Part shown: piece after piece, positions 38,506 through 52,779 of the stretch
Position numbering within the stretch: position 1 is the stretch's first letter
How the letters are laid out: every line of letters begins with the position of its first letter
Program-made: the position numbers and the translations under genes
Origin: Vicugna vicugna
Lineage: Eukaryota
Direction of reading: 5' to 3'
DNA length: 64,000 nucleotides
Assembly: GCA_013265495.1 (NCBI GenBank)
Contig: MU058065.1
Location: 9,775,720 to 9,839,719 of the forward strand
Notes under the pieces: model-generated
The model's database searches: none
Seen by the model: the letters and a program-made list of their open reading frames with translations, nothing else
Told to the model about the DNA's origin: nothing

Positions 38506-39909
38506 CTCCGACTGCCAGATCTCCTCATTTTTATAATTCAAATACCTGTGAGCTATTTAAAAAATATAAAGCCAAGGACAATACTATTTAGTGAGCATGC
38601 TTTTAGCACAACTTCACAAGCATATTGTACACATTTAAGCAAATATACAGTGTTCCCATTTGTGTACCTAGTAACTTCTGTTACACAAAAGCCATTCAGT
38701 GCCTGCAGAGATATGTTTAAGACGGTCCCACTATTACAGCTGCTCTGGCCCTTGTTTGGCAAGAACATTATTAGGGTCTTACAGTTTCCTTCTTATCAGG
38801 CAAGCTTTCACTGGGTGAACAAACATTACTGATAGTGAAAGGATGGGAATCTAATTTAAAAAGAAAATTATACCGTTCTGTTTATAATCTCAGAAAGCAT
38901 CTCCAGGTAGCCTTTCTGTTTATGGTACCCTGACCAAAGTGTGGTGACAGTGAATATTACTGAATAAAAGTGAGATAACTGTAACACGTTTTAAAGCTTA
39001 ACTCAAGTTCAAAGTCTGTAAGTAATTATAATAAAAGGTCAATGAGGAACTGTCATGAATTGTGTCCACATGGAGCTTTACAGAGTTTCAAAGTGGCCTG
39101 TGCACATAAGGTGTGGATTACAGATCATATTGGTGAATTCCCTGAACTTCAGGTGGTAGTTTCAGACCATGTTGACATAAACCCTGAGTACTTGGTAGGA
39201 AGTTATGACCCTAATGGAAAAGATAAGTTAGAGGGAAAAAACTGGAGGCAGAGACCTTTTGGGAAGATGTAGTGGTCTGTTGGGCTGTTGGCCTTGGTTT
39301 TCTCTTCTGGAAACTGTATCTCTATATATTTTTAATCATGTGGTATTTCCAACACCCAGCTTATTGGTCAAGGGGAGGATAGCTGGCCCAATCTGAATCA
39401 ATTACATGATACTCAAAAGTATGGAATCTGGGGCTGTGAGCCATGTGAAGGAAGCTGGTAGCCCAGAGCTGGGTTTGGGTGGAGCTGGAGAAAGAAGTTC
39501 AGCAAACTCTTGCTGCTGACTACTTTGGCTCCTGACTTTCCTCAGCTTTCTGCTAAAATTTTGTTTTTGTTGAATGTATGAAATTCAGGGTATATGACCT
39601 AACACAATTACAGGATCTGGTTAAGCAGTCTCCATAAGGCTGTGAACTGAGAACACACACCTGGTCCAGGATGCAGAGAAGCTGAAGCGGAAGAGCCAGG
39701 GGAAGAGGGGACAGTTGCAGGTTTGGCCGCTGCCTTCTGCCGGTGGGTGATGGGTGAGCTGGCAGATCAGCAGTGATGTGTGTGCTACAGGGGGCGCCGC
39801 TTCGTCTCCACAGTCCACCTTGCCTACAAGAGTCACAGAGCCCAGGACCAGTTTGGCTAACTCAGCCTTGAGATTCTGTTCCTTTGGAACCACTCTCAGA
39901 ATCAAAACC

Positions 39910-40418
39910 TTCGGTTAGTTATTGTTGCATAATACATGGTAATAATATGTAATACAAAACTTGGTAGCTGAAAATATCACTCATTTACTCATAGTTTCTG
40001 TGGGTCAAGAACCTGGGAGCCACTTAGCTGAGAGGTTCTGGTTCAGGGTCTCTCATCAGCCTACAGCCAAGTATCAGCTGGGACTGCAGCTACCTGAAGG
40101 GTCAAACGGGGAAGCAGCCGCCTCTGAGTCACTCTTGTGGCTACTGGAAGGCCTCAGTTCCTCATTATGTGGCCTTTCCACAGGGCAGCGGACTTTTCCC
40201 AGGCAAAATCCAAGAATGGATGAGAAAGAGCACGTATCTAAGGTAGACGCCATTAAAAAAAGAAGAAAGTAACCTTGTGCCATCCCATCACGTCTGCCAT
40301 AGTCTATTCACTAGAAGTTAATAAATCTAGTCAATACTCAGGGGAAGGGATTATACAAAGGCATAAATGCCAGGAGGTGGGGGATCATGGGGGCGACTTG
40401 AGGCTTCCCACCACTACC
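39910..40418 (-). mobile_element. MaLR LTR (MLT1-like)
   Basis: 'ctcatagtttctgtgggtcaagaacctgggagccacttagctgagaggttctggttcagggtctctcat...aatgccaggaggtgggggatcatgggggc'. Confidence 0.75.
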
Positions 40419-40811
40419 TGAAATTTGTTTTCTTTTCTTCTTATGCTAACTTGGATCATTTTCTGTTGTGTGAAAGAAACCAAGTAAGTATTCCCTAATG
40501 TGATAGGGCTGTAAGAGTTTGTAATGGTCTAAGCAAGGGTTTGGGGTTTTGCAATGATAAGGGCAAGAGACAGACGAGTAGAAATAAATAATATTTTATC
40601 CAATAATCAAAATATTCTGAAGTTAGAATTGATCATACTGGCAATATTGGGTACTGGCTTAGAGTTAGGAAACTGGACTTGCCTTTTGGTCATCGTGTTT
40701 ACCAGATACAGGACCTGGAGCAAGTTCAGAAGCAGTTTAAGTCATAGTTTCCCCACCTATGAAGGGATACCTACCTCATGGGGTTGTTAAGTGGATTCTA
40801 TGCATGTGCAT

Positions 40812-41265
40812 CAAAGGGTCCCAGCAGGGAGTAGATGCACCCCCCTCAAGTCCAGCGATTGAGAAGAGTTTAATAAAGGGATATTCACAAAGATGTAGGC
40901 AGGGTTAAGGAGAGGAACAAGGGATGGTGAAACAGCGCAGTTACCACCAATGTGCCTGAAGGGGCAAGGGGGGAGTTTCTAGCTCTAAGAGATGGTGGCT
41001 GGTTAGGGTTTTCCACGGAGGAATGCAGCCAATTTGCTGTGACAAGGTAAAGAGGGAATAACACCTCGATCTTATTTTTCTCCCTCCCACCGTTCTGCTG
41101 CCAGTGACTTGTACATGTCCACTCAACCCATCCGGAAGTCAAAAGGCGAAGGAGCCTAAAGGTGCAGTCCAGGGGGGTCCGCCTCCCAGGGCACAGTCAA
41201 GGTCACAGAAAAGGTGAGGACACTTACAGAATGGCTCTGAGGGGCAAATAGAAATTATTCAGCAT
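40812..41265. mobile_element. Old ERVL-class LTR
   Basis: 'agggtcccagcagggagtagatgcac...gagaagagtttaataaaggggatattcacaaagatgtaggcaggg' resembles recalled old ERVL LTR consensus. Confidence 0.5.
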
Positions 41266-41375
41266 AGCATTATGCACTAAACACCAATTATGTCGAAGAC
41301 TAAGTACTCAATTAATGTTAACTGTTGTTATAATTATTATTGCCTGCTAATGGCATACATGAATGGAGACAAGCT

Positions 41376-41430
41376 GGGTAGAAAGTGTGTGTGCGGGGAG
41401 GGTAGAAAGTGTGTGTGCGGGGAGGGTAGA
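41376..41430 (+). repeat. 24-bp tandem repeat, 2.3 copies
   Basis: gggtagaaagtgtgtgtgcgggga twice, followed by gggtaga. The copies are identical. Confidence 0.95.
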
Positions 41431-44400
41431 GAGACTTCAAAGAACCCTCATTCTTCTACCCATGAAGGTGAGGTCTGGCTATCCCAGCCTCAGGGAATTC
41501 AGGCAGAGTGGAGTTTCTTGAATTGCTTAGCATCATGTACCTAGGTCAAGCTAGGAGAGAAATCTCGTTTGTGACAATGGTCTCTCCACTGGCCCATCAA
41601 GAGGAGTTCTCCTCTTCATTTTCTAATGATTTTGGAATTGCAGAAGCAGACTACATGGCATCGACTCACAAGTCCTGAGATAAGCCTTCAGCCCCACCTC
41701 TGAGAGTCAGCCTTGCTAGGCACGTTGCCCCAGCAGCGCTCCGCTATCCAGCTTTCCTCCTACCCAGCTGCCTGCCTCTCTCGGTTCAAATAGCTGTGAA
41801 AGGTGCCACTCCCACGTAATTCAGCGCAGAGTATTCTGGGGTTTCCTGAGCAGCAGGCTGGCAACCAGCAACAGATGGAGAAGCTGTGGAATACCGAGGA
41901 GAGGCTGTGGGGAGAGGTAGGCAATGAGGCAAGGAGCCAAGTGGGCAGTCTGGGAGATGGAGGGCCAAAAAGCAGAGAGAGCTCTTGTTGCCAGAATGGA
42001 AGGATTCCTATATAGCTGCAAACTTCACAGTCCCACCTCCCCGTCCTCCTCTCTTCCCCGCTGTCCGTCTCCAAAATTCAGTAAGCCTCATTCACCCACT
42101 TTTCTTGTGTAGTAACGTGCCATCTCTGCCCCCGAGTCTGATGCTCCCTCCAAGGCTGAACTTCACCAACGCTATTGTGCCTTTAAGGAAGAAATCAACA
42201 TGGTGCAGATGGTAGTTCAAACATATTTGTTTCTGTGTCATCTGCTCTGAACATAAATATCAATTCAGAAACTTCACTGTTGTAAGTGATAAGCTGAAAC
42301 ATCATCAGTTGTTCTTTAGTTAAATGACAGTAACAAAATGAAAATCACCATTAAAAAGGCTATATTTGCATATTTTTTATGCTGTCAAAGAACATGGCAC
42401 TAATGTAGCATAAGGAGAATTCTTAAACAGAAACATTACAGTTTTCAAAATCTAAGGAGGATCAAAAAAATAAATGCTGAAATTTCATTTATAAAAGGAA
42501 ACAGGGAACAGTTACTTCACTGGCAGAATAATAAAAGCACTTTCTAGTGACATTTTTAATGGCATATTAATTCAAAATTGTAATTTTGAGAAGGAGTGAT
42601 TCCATCTACATAAACACTAAATGCATTCTAAATGCTTGGTATTATCATAATGACTAGAAATTAAATTAATAATGCTAGGATAGTTAAAATCTGACGTAAC
42701 CTTCTTGAATGTTTTCTATCTGCATGAATTATTTCTCATTCTTACTGAATTCTCCTAAACTTCATTTATTGTTTTAATTTTTCAAAGATCCAAATGATTC
42801 TTCAATTTTGGGAGTGTTTCACTTTTGAAAGATACCTTCCAAAGGCACTTACAGTAATTTTGAACTCACCAAGCCTTTTAACAGCTGTAGGGCCTGATTG
42901 GTCAACACATATAGAAACACGCATAGAATCATTTACACTGCTGTATTTTCCAACTGAGATGGCTGAACTAAATAAGTACTGTTTCAAACCTGAGTGAAGA
43001 GAGAGGGAAGGATGTCTTTTCAATCTAAGTTATAACATCTGAACATAAAATTAAGACATCCCTAAGTTAGAGGAAAAGATTTCTAATCCCACCCTGAAGA
43101 AGATTTGAAAAGTCCTACAGAAGGTTTTGGTAGAGAGTCCTTAGGGAGAGTTCTTCATTTCTTTTCTTCTCTTTCAATTATTCATCAGGATGATCAGCAA
43201 ACATAATCCTGCTGATCCAAGTGCCTTTAATGAGACGTAGGGCAGCAGGCAGTCTTGGTTTCAGGAGGTATGTACTATTTAGGGCTTTATAAACTCAAAG
43301 TCAAACTTAGATTTTGATTGTCTGATGTGTGAGTGTCCAGGGTAATTCACAGAGAGTGGATATTTTCCCCAGGAAATGTAAATACGATCCAGAGCCTTAA
43401 GCAGTACGCTTTGCCCCACCTCCTCCCCATTTGGTAGGCTTTTGCTTGTATCGAACAACTCCTCTGATCTCTTTGTTTCCTAGACTACATCGCACCTTAA
43501 AAAGGGATTAGGACATACGACTGACACTGAAACATGGCATAAAACAAGGCAGATCGTGCTTCACCCAGGATTTGCTTTCCCTGCCAAAACATCCTGCTTC
43601 CAAAATGCCAGTGTGGTGTAGTCTTTGGCCACCACACTGTGGCCATCACGGCACCTAGACAAGACTTTTCAAGGTGGTGCAAAACAGCCACCTTCTCAAA
43701 GCTGGTGCTTGTGTTCTCAGACTTGGGTTCTCTTTGCGCCTTCCCCCAGCTTTCCCCAAATTCAAGTCTCAAGAATGGTACCAAGAATGGAAAAGAAAAA
43801 AAAAAAACGGGCAATGCTGAACGGTAAATTTCTACAATTAATTAGAAATTTTATACTCCGAGTGTTTCATTGTTTTTCAACTGTAAAACAATAGTGATAC
43901 TTGTTTAAAAAAAAAAAAAAAGAAACCGGTGTGCATTATCATAGGTAGCTTGGCTTCCTAGACCTCCTTGCAACTTGGTTTTAGAGCGGGTCTCTACTCA
44001 GAGAATAAAAGTGCATTGCTAACGTTTTGCCTTGGTTCCCAGTACTCAATGAGGAAGTCCTAGCTCTTGGTAAATTCCTTTATACTTAGCTAAGGCTGTC
44101 CTTGCATTGAATTTGTAGCTCCTAATATAATTCTGTCCCCATAGCCTCTTTTTGGAATAGTTCATTGGACCCAGGACAGATTTGAATGGACCCAATTCAG
44201 ATAACAAATACAACACAATTAAATCTCACTGGGCCTCCAGTTTACTTTTCTTATACCAAGGAGGGAAAGAGTAATCAAATTTTAATAATAAATGTGCAAA
44301 CACATTATAGCCCTATATGCAATTAAGAAGTGTTTAATTTCCTGTAGTATCTTATAGATTTTTCTCTCTGGCACATTTTGGGTCTGAAAGATTCAGTGTC

Positions 44401-45749
44401 TTCTACCTACTAATCATTTTTATTAACTATTAACTAATCAGGTTCTTTTTATTTGAAATTTTGAAACAGGCAAGGATTGCAGTATAGATTCTTAGAAGTA
44501 GGTCTTTTACAGTGGCTTTTCCTCTCCTCACTCTCAGTTCTTCCCTATGACAACGTCTGGCAGCTGAACTGCAAGGTATTTTCTTTCCTCATCAGAAAGG
44601 GCTCTCTGCCTTTGCTGGTGGTAATTTGTTCGGAATACATCCTTCATTTATAGCTGACCTCATGGAAAGCAGGGTTCATTTTACATTTTCTACCTCAGGA
44701 GCTTTGGAAGTGCTGTTCTTAGGTAGCTAACGTTTTTCTTTTTTACTTGCGTCCCTTCACGTGAATGGCTAATGATAGAATCAGGACCCCTGTCTTGAAC
44801 AAATGAAATCAGACGAGGTGCCTCTTGTTCCTTTATTCCTGCCTAGGTTTGTGTTTGAGCTTTATCTTACACATCAGTTCACTTTTTGGCCATTCTGATC
44901 TCTGCCATTCAGAGCCACTTAAAAAACTTCTCTTCTTTGAGAAAAGATCATAAATAAGTGATATTAATAAAAAATGAAACAAGAGCATGTTTCCATGCTG
45001 ACTATTCAAAGGGTGTGTATATACTATCTGAAGATTTCAATCATGACCTAGCGTTTACATATTTTTCCAAATGAGGGTTATTATGTAGCTTTATTTGGCA
45101 GTCAAGGTAGCCACAATGTGTTGTCCCCTTACGCTGCTTTGTATTAGATATTGAAAGGACAGATGAGAGACAGGGAAAGAGAATGGCTTCAACAAATGGA
45201 TCTGAGGTTCGAGTGTCTTCAGAAACAACAAATCATTTTTAATCTGACAGCTCCTAATTAAACTGATTGTGAGATAAAATGCACCCAATAAAGTGTCAGA
45301 CTCTCATGAGTTAAAAAGCCTGCTGGGTTGTGAAAGACATTTAAACCCCCTAAACCTTCCTGAAAGTGGATGCCCTTGAAAGCTCTCATAGCAATGAGTT
45401 AAAGTTCTCAGCTGGGGGCTGCTGACATGTTGTAATGACTATAATTTATAGCACACCAGCTCCATACTACCCTCTGTCCCACCAGGGTGCTGCCTGGAAG
45501 CTAGAATGGCTTATGGAGGGTTAGAAGGGAAAAAGGGGAAAGGGGAAAAAAGAGAAAAAGACTCCAAGGCCCCTTTATCAGCCTCTGTACTATCAGCTTG
45601 GACTTTCAGGGCCTCTTTCAGAGACTAGTCACTTTCAAATTGAACATGTCTTATTCAGCTTCTGCTGCTCTATGCTGTAATGGCATAGTTATGTTTCTGA
45701 CTTACATAGCCAGTGATTCCAGGTTGGTTGGCAGAAGCTCAGAGATGAT

Positions 45750-45965
45750 TTTAATTTCATTCATTCATTCATTTGTTCAACAAGTATTAAGTGAGTACCT
45801 ACAATGTTCTAAGAACTGTTCTAAGCACTGCGATCGTGGAAACAAGACAAGCCTCTTGATCTCATGAAACTTAACATTCTTTGGGGTAGAGTGGCCAAAG
45901 ATGAAAAAGAGACAGAAAAACAAGTAAACATATACATGAACAAGATAATGTCTGATATGCTATCA
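45750..45965. mobile_element. L2 3'-end relic
   Basis: 'ttcattcattcattcatttgttcaacaagtattaagtgagtacctacaatgttc...gttctaagcactg'. Confidence 0.7.
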
Positions 45966-46324
45966 CTTAGAAAAATCTGGAATTATCTTGTTCAATTCTT
46001 TCTTCTGGCTCCTCTAACTTTAAGTAGAAAGAGCTGTGGGGATAACTAAGTTCCCTAAAATTGGAAGAAAAGAAGAGGGAAGAAGGGAGAGAAAAGTAGG
46101 AACTCAAGGACAACATCTTTATAACGTATTGAAACAAGTGTTCTGGTCTGGGTCATAAGTTGTCTCAGTATAATTTCAACAGCAAAATTTCCAAATAACC
46201 AGAGCAATGGCAGCATTATTGAAACAAGCGTTTGTCTGGCCAACAGGTAAATTTGAAAGATATGTGATTTCTGACATGATAGTATAAAACAAAAACTAAA
46301 GGAAATGACATGCCATCGTGGAGC

Positions 46325-46520
46325 AGAATGAATTTTGGTTTGATGTGGATTCAGATTGTGACTGTGGCGCTTGCTGGCCCTGTGACCTTGGCCAAGTTAT
46401 TTCTAGCTTTACAAGTTACTTTACAGTTGCTTCATCATAAAAATGATATAATAATAACACATCTCAGAGGCTCATCGTAAGAACTAAGTAAAATATTATT
46501 TATAAAGTGCCCCAAACAAT
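46325..46520. mobile_element. MIR relic
   Basis: 'ctgtgaccttggccaagttattt...cttcatcataaaaatgatata'. Confidence 0.6.
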
Positions 46521-49500
46521 ACCTCTCCTATAAAAAGATGAGTAGGACATCAATAAAGCCAGTCTTATTTTATACTTAGTCATAAATTGTAATTTTATGT
46601 ATGTCATGCATCATCACAATCGATAAATCATAATGTCAATTCTTAAAATCCTCAGACATAGCTAGAAAAAAGTCCTTTAAGGGCAGTTTCATTACCTTAC
46701 TCTCCGGTCAAACAAAGGGTTGCGTCTGGAATTGAAGGAGTTTTGATTTTGTGTATTCAGGATCGAATCTGGCATAGTGTTCCTTTGAGTATGACCACTA
46801 TTCAAGTCTTAGCTTTTGAGGCTTTTTGATACTGTGAAACAACAACTCAATGAAGGATCAAAGGATGGAAAATTCAAGGTTGATTCATGCATTTTAAAGT
46901 GAGGATGCCTGAGAGACTTGGGCACAACATGAAGCAGGGAGATGTGCCAGGGAGATGGTAACTCAAGAGAACAGAAAGACCTTGATTTCAAAGAAGGGAA
47001 AAAAAAAATCAACAGCTTAATCTCTCTAAAGCCTCAGTTCCTGACAGAAAAATTTGCAATGATGAAAAGAAGCAAGCAAAGCACAGGCGACTGGACCAAT
47101 TTTCCCTGAAATTACCAGGTGGTTGTACACCCTCTCCAGCCTTTCCAGGGACGTCTTTGAAAATCTCTCCCACAGAAGCCCTTCTGGATTCCAGAACTTG
47201 AAGCAGTTCTTACCACTTTCTGTTTTGTTGCAGAATAAGCAGGAAGGGATTATGAAGTAAAACAAGCCTGTCGCGTGTACCCTGTGATCTTACCGATTAA
47301 GTGTAATTTTTGGTTAATGATCCTCTATGAAAGTCCTTGGGATGCTGTAGGTACCTAGTTTATTACGCACAGTCTTTAAAGGTATTGCTAAAGAAATTAA
47401 CTCAGGCCCTGAATTAGGAATAGGTTTCTTTCTTTTTCAGTTTTCTGAAAATAGGATCTAGTTTGCCCAATTTCAATTTACAGTCCTTTCCTGGCAAATG
47501 CAATCTGCTCTGAGTGTAAGATCTTGCTCTTCCATGAGTTTTCTTAGGAGCTCACAGGTTATCTTGTCTCTCTTTTTCACCTTCAAAGCCCTTTCTCATG
47601 GTATCTGGCCCTTCTGTGTACCAGGTGAAAAGAGGGTTGACAATGTGGCAAAATGAAATTGCCGTCTTTTGTGGTTGGCCAGTGCGGTGAGCATTCGGCC
47701 CCTTGAGGTATTTCTGTGCAGCTTTTCAGAGAAGCGTTGCCGCGTCTCCACTGAACTGATAACGATGAAACTTCAATCCCTGTTGCCTTCAATCATTTTC
47801 TTATTGTGCCAGCTCAATGACTTCTCTTCAATTCCAGTTTTCTGGCACCAGGTCTGGCGGACACTGGAAAAAAAATGCCTTTGGTGTGGGTTGCACTGAA
47901 CTTCACTTTTAATTCCCCGTTAATGTGCAATCTGAAGTCTTATTCAGAGAAAGATTGTGTTCATGTTTGTGGCAAAAAGGAGTGCAGAAAAGTGACAGAT
48001 GTAAGATGAGAGAAGAGGCAGCCTTTAATCATTTTGTTGTCAAAGCAGCTTTGGGTCACCCTTTGAAGAAAGCGTTTTCCTCACCACTTCTGGAAAACTA
48101 GAAACTTGTTCTCTTGCCTTTTGCAGAATCTTTACTCAGACGGTTAAACTCTGCACTGGATGCAAAATTTCTAAACCCAAGATCTTTGCTATAAAGCACT
48201 CCAGCTTATACATTCACATTGCATAAGAATTGGATCCCATTGTTCTCACTGGATAGTGATTGGTGACTCAGTTAACACTTCATCCTCGTAGAAGGCTGGT
48301 AAAACCCAGCGACCGAAGACCTCATTTTCATTTGTGATTGGACCAGTCATATTTCACAGAGAGGCTAAGTGTTAAAGCATGTAATGTTTACAAAGTAAAA
48401 GCCTTTTCTCCCTTAATCCCTGCCTGACTGTAATTAAGCAGAAGAGTTAATTTCATATAAATCATGCATTATTGTAACTGGGCGCAAGTGAACATCCATG
48501 TACATCTTATTTAAACGAGAAATATAATGTTATTATGTGGATGCTGGTGCGGCAAAGTCTCAGTCCTCTGGGGGGACGTGGGCAACGTCACTGGCTCTTT
48601 ACAAGACTTTGGTCTGTGGGCTTAATTACCTGTTGCCCAGCTTTGCTGGTGCTGTCCTGTGAAGAGCTGAGCCACTTGCCTTCAGAAGGGCTGGGAAGTA
48701 AAACCCTGGGCTTCCCTTCGCATTTCTCCCCTAACCTCCACTTCTAGAGCAGTCATTTTTCTCTTTCCACTCACCTTTTTGGACCTAAGCAATACTTTCC
48801 AATGGTTTGCTCCGCTTGGCAGTTTTGACCCGTATTTCCCCAGGCAGACCGACCACAGATGGGTTTGTCTTCTGTAGGCAGGGGCTAGTCTGCTTCCTCC
48901 TTGAGCGTGTCTTTTCTAAGGCTGCTCCAGGCTGCTTTAAGACCCCAGGATTTTGTTTTCCAAGTGTAGCCAGATCAGATCACACCCCACAGCCTGTGTG
49001 TATGGTTGCCACAGCACCTCCACAGCCCGAGAGGGAGGGCTGGCCCCTCAGTGCAGAGGATGAGCTGTTCTTTTGTTTTCTATCTAGAGAGCAGACCCAG
49101 TGCTTTGGCACAAGGTTGTCCTGCAGAATATAAATAATCTAATCTGCATATCTTGAGGTCAAGAATTGGGAGGAAGAAAATATGCACATGACAAAACTTT
49201 TCTTTTAAACACATTCTCCTCCTCACCCGGAGGCCTGAACAATCATTTTTGGAGTTGTGCCTTGGCCTCATTCTGACCAGCTTGCCAAGCCTCCCAACCC
49301 TGTACACGCAGCAGGTTGGTCTTTTGAGACTTCAGGGCAAGAGGCCTTCCTGGGGCAGCACTTTTCTGCCCCCTGCTTGCTTGCTGCCATTCCACATGCC
49401 TGCAATCCTGTTTAAATGCTTTAGACGTGCTTCTTTTTGAAGGACTGAACAAACCATCTCTTAAATTCCTCCTCTCATAATTACCCTCCTCCTCCCAATC

Positions 49501-50648
49501 CAGATGTTGGGTATCTCCATCCCTCTCACCTTCCCCCCGCCTTTGATTCCCCTCTCAGCTCTTTCTTGCTCCTTTTCTTCTCTCGCCTTCCCCCAAAGTG
49601 TTCTTTCTCCCTCGGTGAGACTGGTCCACTGGTCCAGAGGTTAGAGATATGAACAGATGAAGTAACTTCTAGCTAAGAATTTTTGGCCCCAAGTAATTAG
49701 TTAAGAGGTAAGTGTGTTCACTCCTGGTCGCAGCATTTTCTCTCCATCTTTGTTCCTGTAAAGAGACCTTTTGAAATAACATGCAGTAAAGCCTGTTGGA
49801 AGAACAGATTGTCTTTACTGGACTAGTGCATCCAGTAACATTCGGTGCCCTCCTACCTTCAGCTCACGTGATGGGCAGTACCTATTTGTGTGTTCCTTTA
49901 AATGATACAATATTCTCATATTATTTTTAATTATTCAATTTTATCTTGTTTCAAGTTTAAAAGTTAGTTCAAGTCCTTTTCAAGATAATCAGGGTATATA
50001 TACTTTTAATAACTAGAAGTAGTAACAAGTACATATCTTAATTACTGTTATTTGAAGTGACACTGCTCATACTAAGTGCTGGTTCTGAACCAAACTGAAT
50101 GCCTCAGTTAATGCCAATGAGCAGTGCTTTACTCACACCGTACAAGGAAGGAGAAGAAGAGCCCCAGTTTGGGGAACAGCTCAGCTCAGAGGTCAACACC
50201 CTCATGTGCTGAGTTTAACTTAAGTGTGAACTGTTGGAGGAATGGCAGCTTTGGCATGAGCACCTTGAGGCTAAGTGATGGTTAAATGGCCAAATCCTTC
50301 TCTAGACCAGAGATCGGAGAGAGGCTTCCACAGAGTGGAAAGAGAAACAGAACATCCTCAGGTAAGTGGAGGGTAAGCTGCTCTAATCTTGGGGTGTAGG
50401 TTGATCCAAGTTAGGCACAGGGACAATTAAGGAGAAATTCTGTGGATGAAGTCCCGTGCTTTATGGGTAAACTTTGGACAGTTGCAGACTGCGAGACTGA
50501 GAATAGCTTGCCAGTGGTGCGAGAGCACTGAGGCTGGAAGGGTCCTTTGTAAGAAGTATGGGAAACAGTGGGAAATTAGTGTTATAGGGGAAAGGTAAAA
50601 GTGCAAACTGATGGCTTGGAGATGATAGTCATCTAAACTCTTCAAAAA

Positions 50649-50793
50649 GGGTAGGAGGGTGTAGCTCAGGGGTAGAGTATGTGCTTAGCATGCGTGAGGT
50701 CCTGGGTTCAATCCCCAGTACTTCTATTTAAAAAAATAAATAAATAAACCTAATTACCTCCCCCCCAAAACAAACAACAACAGCAACAAAAAA
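50649..50793 (+). mobile_element. tRNA-derived SINE (vic-1-like)
   Basis: ggagggtgtagctcaggggtagag...gaggtcctgggttcaatcccc with an A/C-rich tail. TSD taaactcttc(a/g)aa at 50634-50646 and 50794-50806. Confidence 0.92.
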
Positions 50794-52779
50794 TAAACTC
50801 TTCGAAGGCCTCACTGATTCCCAGCTGAGAGGGATTGAAGCTTACACAAGAATCACACCATATATTGTGTAGTTTGACAAGTTACGCTTAAATGACTGTG
50901 AAACTCTGTAGCTTATTCTTTACTGAGCATTCAGCTTATTAAAATTATTTTATTGTCTTATAAAAACTTCAACATATTTTCATAGAATATATCTGAAAGG
51001 ATATACACAAACACCATGGTGTGTGTCTTTTGTTGGTAGGATTAATTTATGTGTTTGGCTTATCTGTATTTTCTAATCTTGCTAGTTAAACAAGTGTTAT
51101 TTATATAACATGTTTGTTGATTTAATATATTGTTGTGATAATTTGGGACATTACTCTCTACTGTGTTTTCATAGCCTGGCTCATAAAAAATCCTTTGTTT
51201 TCAAAGACTAATAAGTCCATGGATTGTGGCAGAGAAGGGCTTTAATAGAAAACGGAGGCTTCATGAGGTGAAGGAAAAGGTGGTTAGGATCTTGAGAAGA
51301 GGAGGGTGTCCAACTTCCTTGGAGACACCCACAGGGAGGGAGGGCATGGAGCGCTCTCCAAACATGCCCTGCAGAATGTGTTGACTGTGTGCGTCCTGAG
51401 AGCCGCTGTCTCTGGAGGTCACCACGCCTAAGCCTCGAGTGGAGGGAGTCCCTCTGTTGGATCAGGAAGACTGGCAGGTTTAACAAGGGCAGTGGGAACA
51501 CCGATAATACAGGACCAGGACTGCTTCTGCCCTCCCTCCCTCTCTCCCATAACACCTAATTTTGGACTTCTTTACTCTGAGTTAGGTTCTTGTGTTGGAC
51601 TGAATTCGGTCACGTTTCCAGGGTGACTGGACCAGTAAAATAGATTTTTTGTCCAGAGTGAGGCTGGAAGGAGGCCTGACTATGACCGGGTGGGCTGCAC
51701 ATCACCCCTGCCTTCCTGATGTTGATTTCAAAGGCTTTACTCATTTGCATATTTATGCGTCGGTTATAAAAACCAATGCCATTACTTGATCTAATCCTTC
51801 ACCCTTCATATAATGTGGCTGCTCACACAAAGATATCAATTAATTCAATGAAAAGGTTTTTGTGATTGATATCCAGATGACTGATTATGTAAGAGAAATG
51901 TCTACTGTAATTGGGGAACAGTAACTGCCGGTGCAGGAGCTGCATGCCTTTGGAAAAGGGAAGTAGCATCTGAAGATAAACATTAGCTGAGAGTCTAATG
52001 TGCCTTTGAGGTAATCTCTGTCATATTTCAGTAGTCTGTACTGACTTTTCCTTAAGGATTCATGAAAGTAAAGAATTTGGCCCTGCAAAGTCACTGCAGT
52101 ATTGACTCACTCATCCTGTGCCTGGAAACACACGAGAGGTTTAATGCTCTGTGCTTTATCAGGATAGACCTCTTTTAAAATGAAAAAATGATCGCTCCTC
52201 TTGTTTGAACATGATGCCAGTGGACCCATTTGAAAAAAAAAAATGGAGGAGCTGTATTTTTTTTAACTCTGTATTACCTTATTTTTCCAAAGAGACAAGA
52301 GATTCTCCTCTGAGGAGCGTGATTGCTCGATTCCTTCTGACTCAAACCATATGATTCCTGTTATGCTTTGTTTAACTGATGACATGTGGTTCTTCCTTCT
52401 TAATTACTTTTACAACAAATATTTATTATATCCCTAAAAAAGAATCTCCATATAGTGAAAGTTCACTCTGCGTGTCCTTGTTCAAAGCACAACGTGGAGT
52501 CTTGTTTGTGTCTCATAACAGTCATAGGGAGTGTGGGAAGACTTTTTTTCTGTTTTAAATACATAAAGAAATTAAGCAACTTGCTCAAGGTTAAGGAGTT
52601 AGTCAAGTGGAGCTTAAACTGGGACCCATTTTTCTCTAGCTTCAGAGGCCAAGTCTGCTACGCTTTCCTTGGAGGGGCCCAATCCCAGTCACCCTGAATC
52701 ACCTCATTCTATTTTTAATTTTTTGAATAGAGCTTTTAATTTTCCAGCCTTTGTTGTTGTCGTCCGTTGTTTGATTAAT

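Noticed and set aside
46127..46228. TATTGAAACAAG repeated 90 bp apart
   Set aside because: Two copies only, with no recognisable insert between them. Not an array or CRISPR; probably chance or a decayed duplication.
50649..50725. Possible tRNA gene (also at 35091 and 12686)
   Set aside because: A/B boxes are present, but the SINE tail, TSDs and divergence among copies show these are SINEs.
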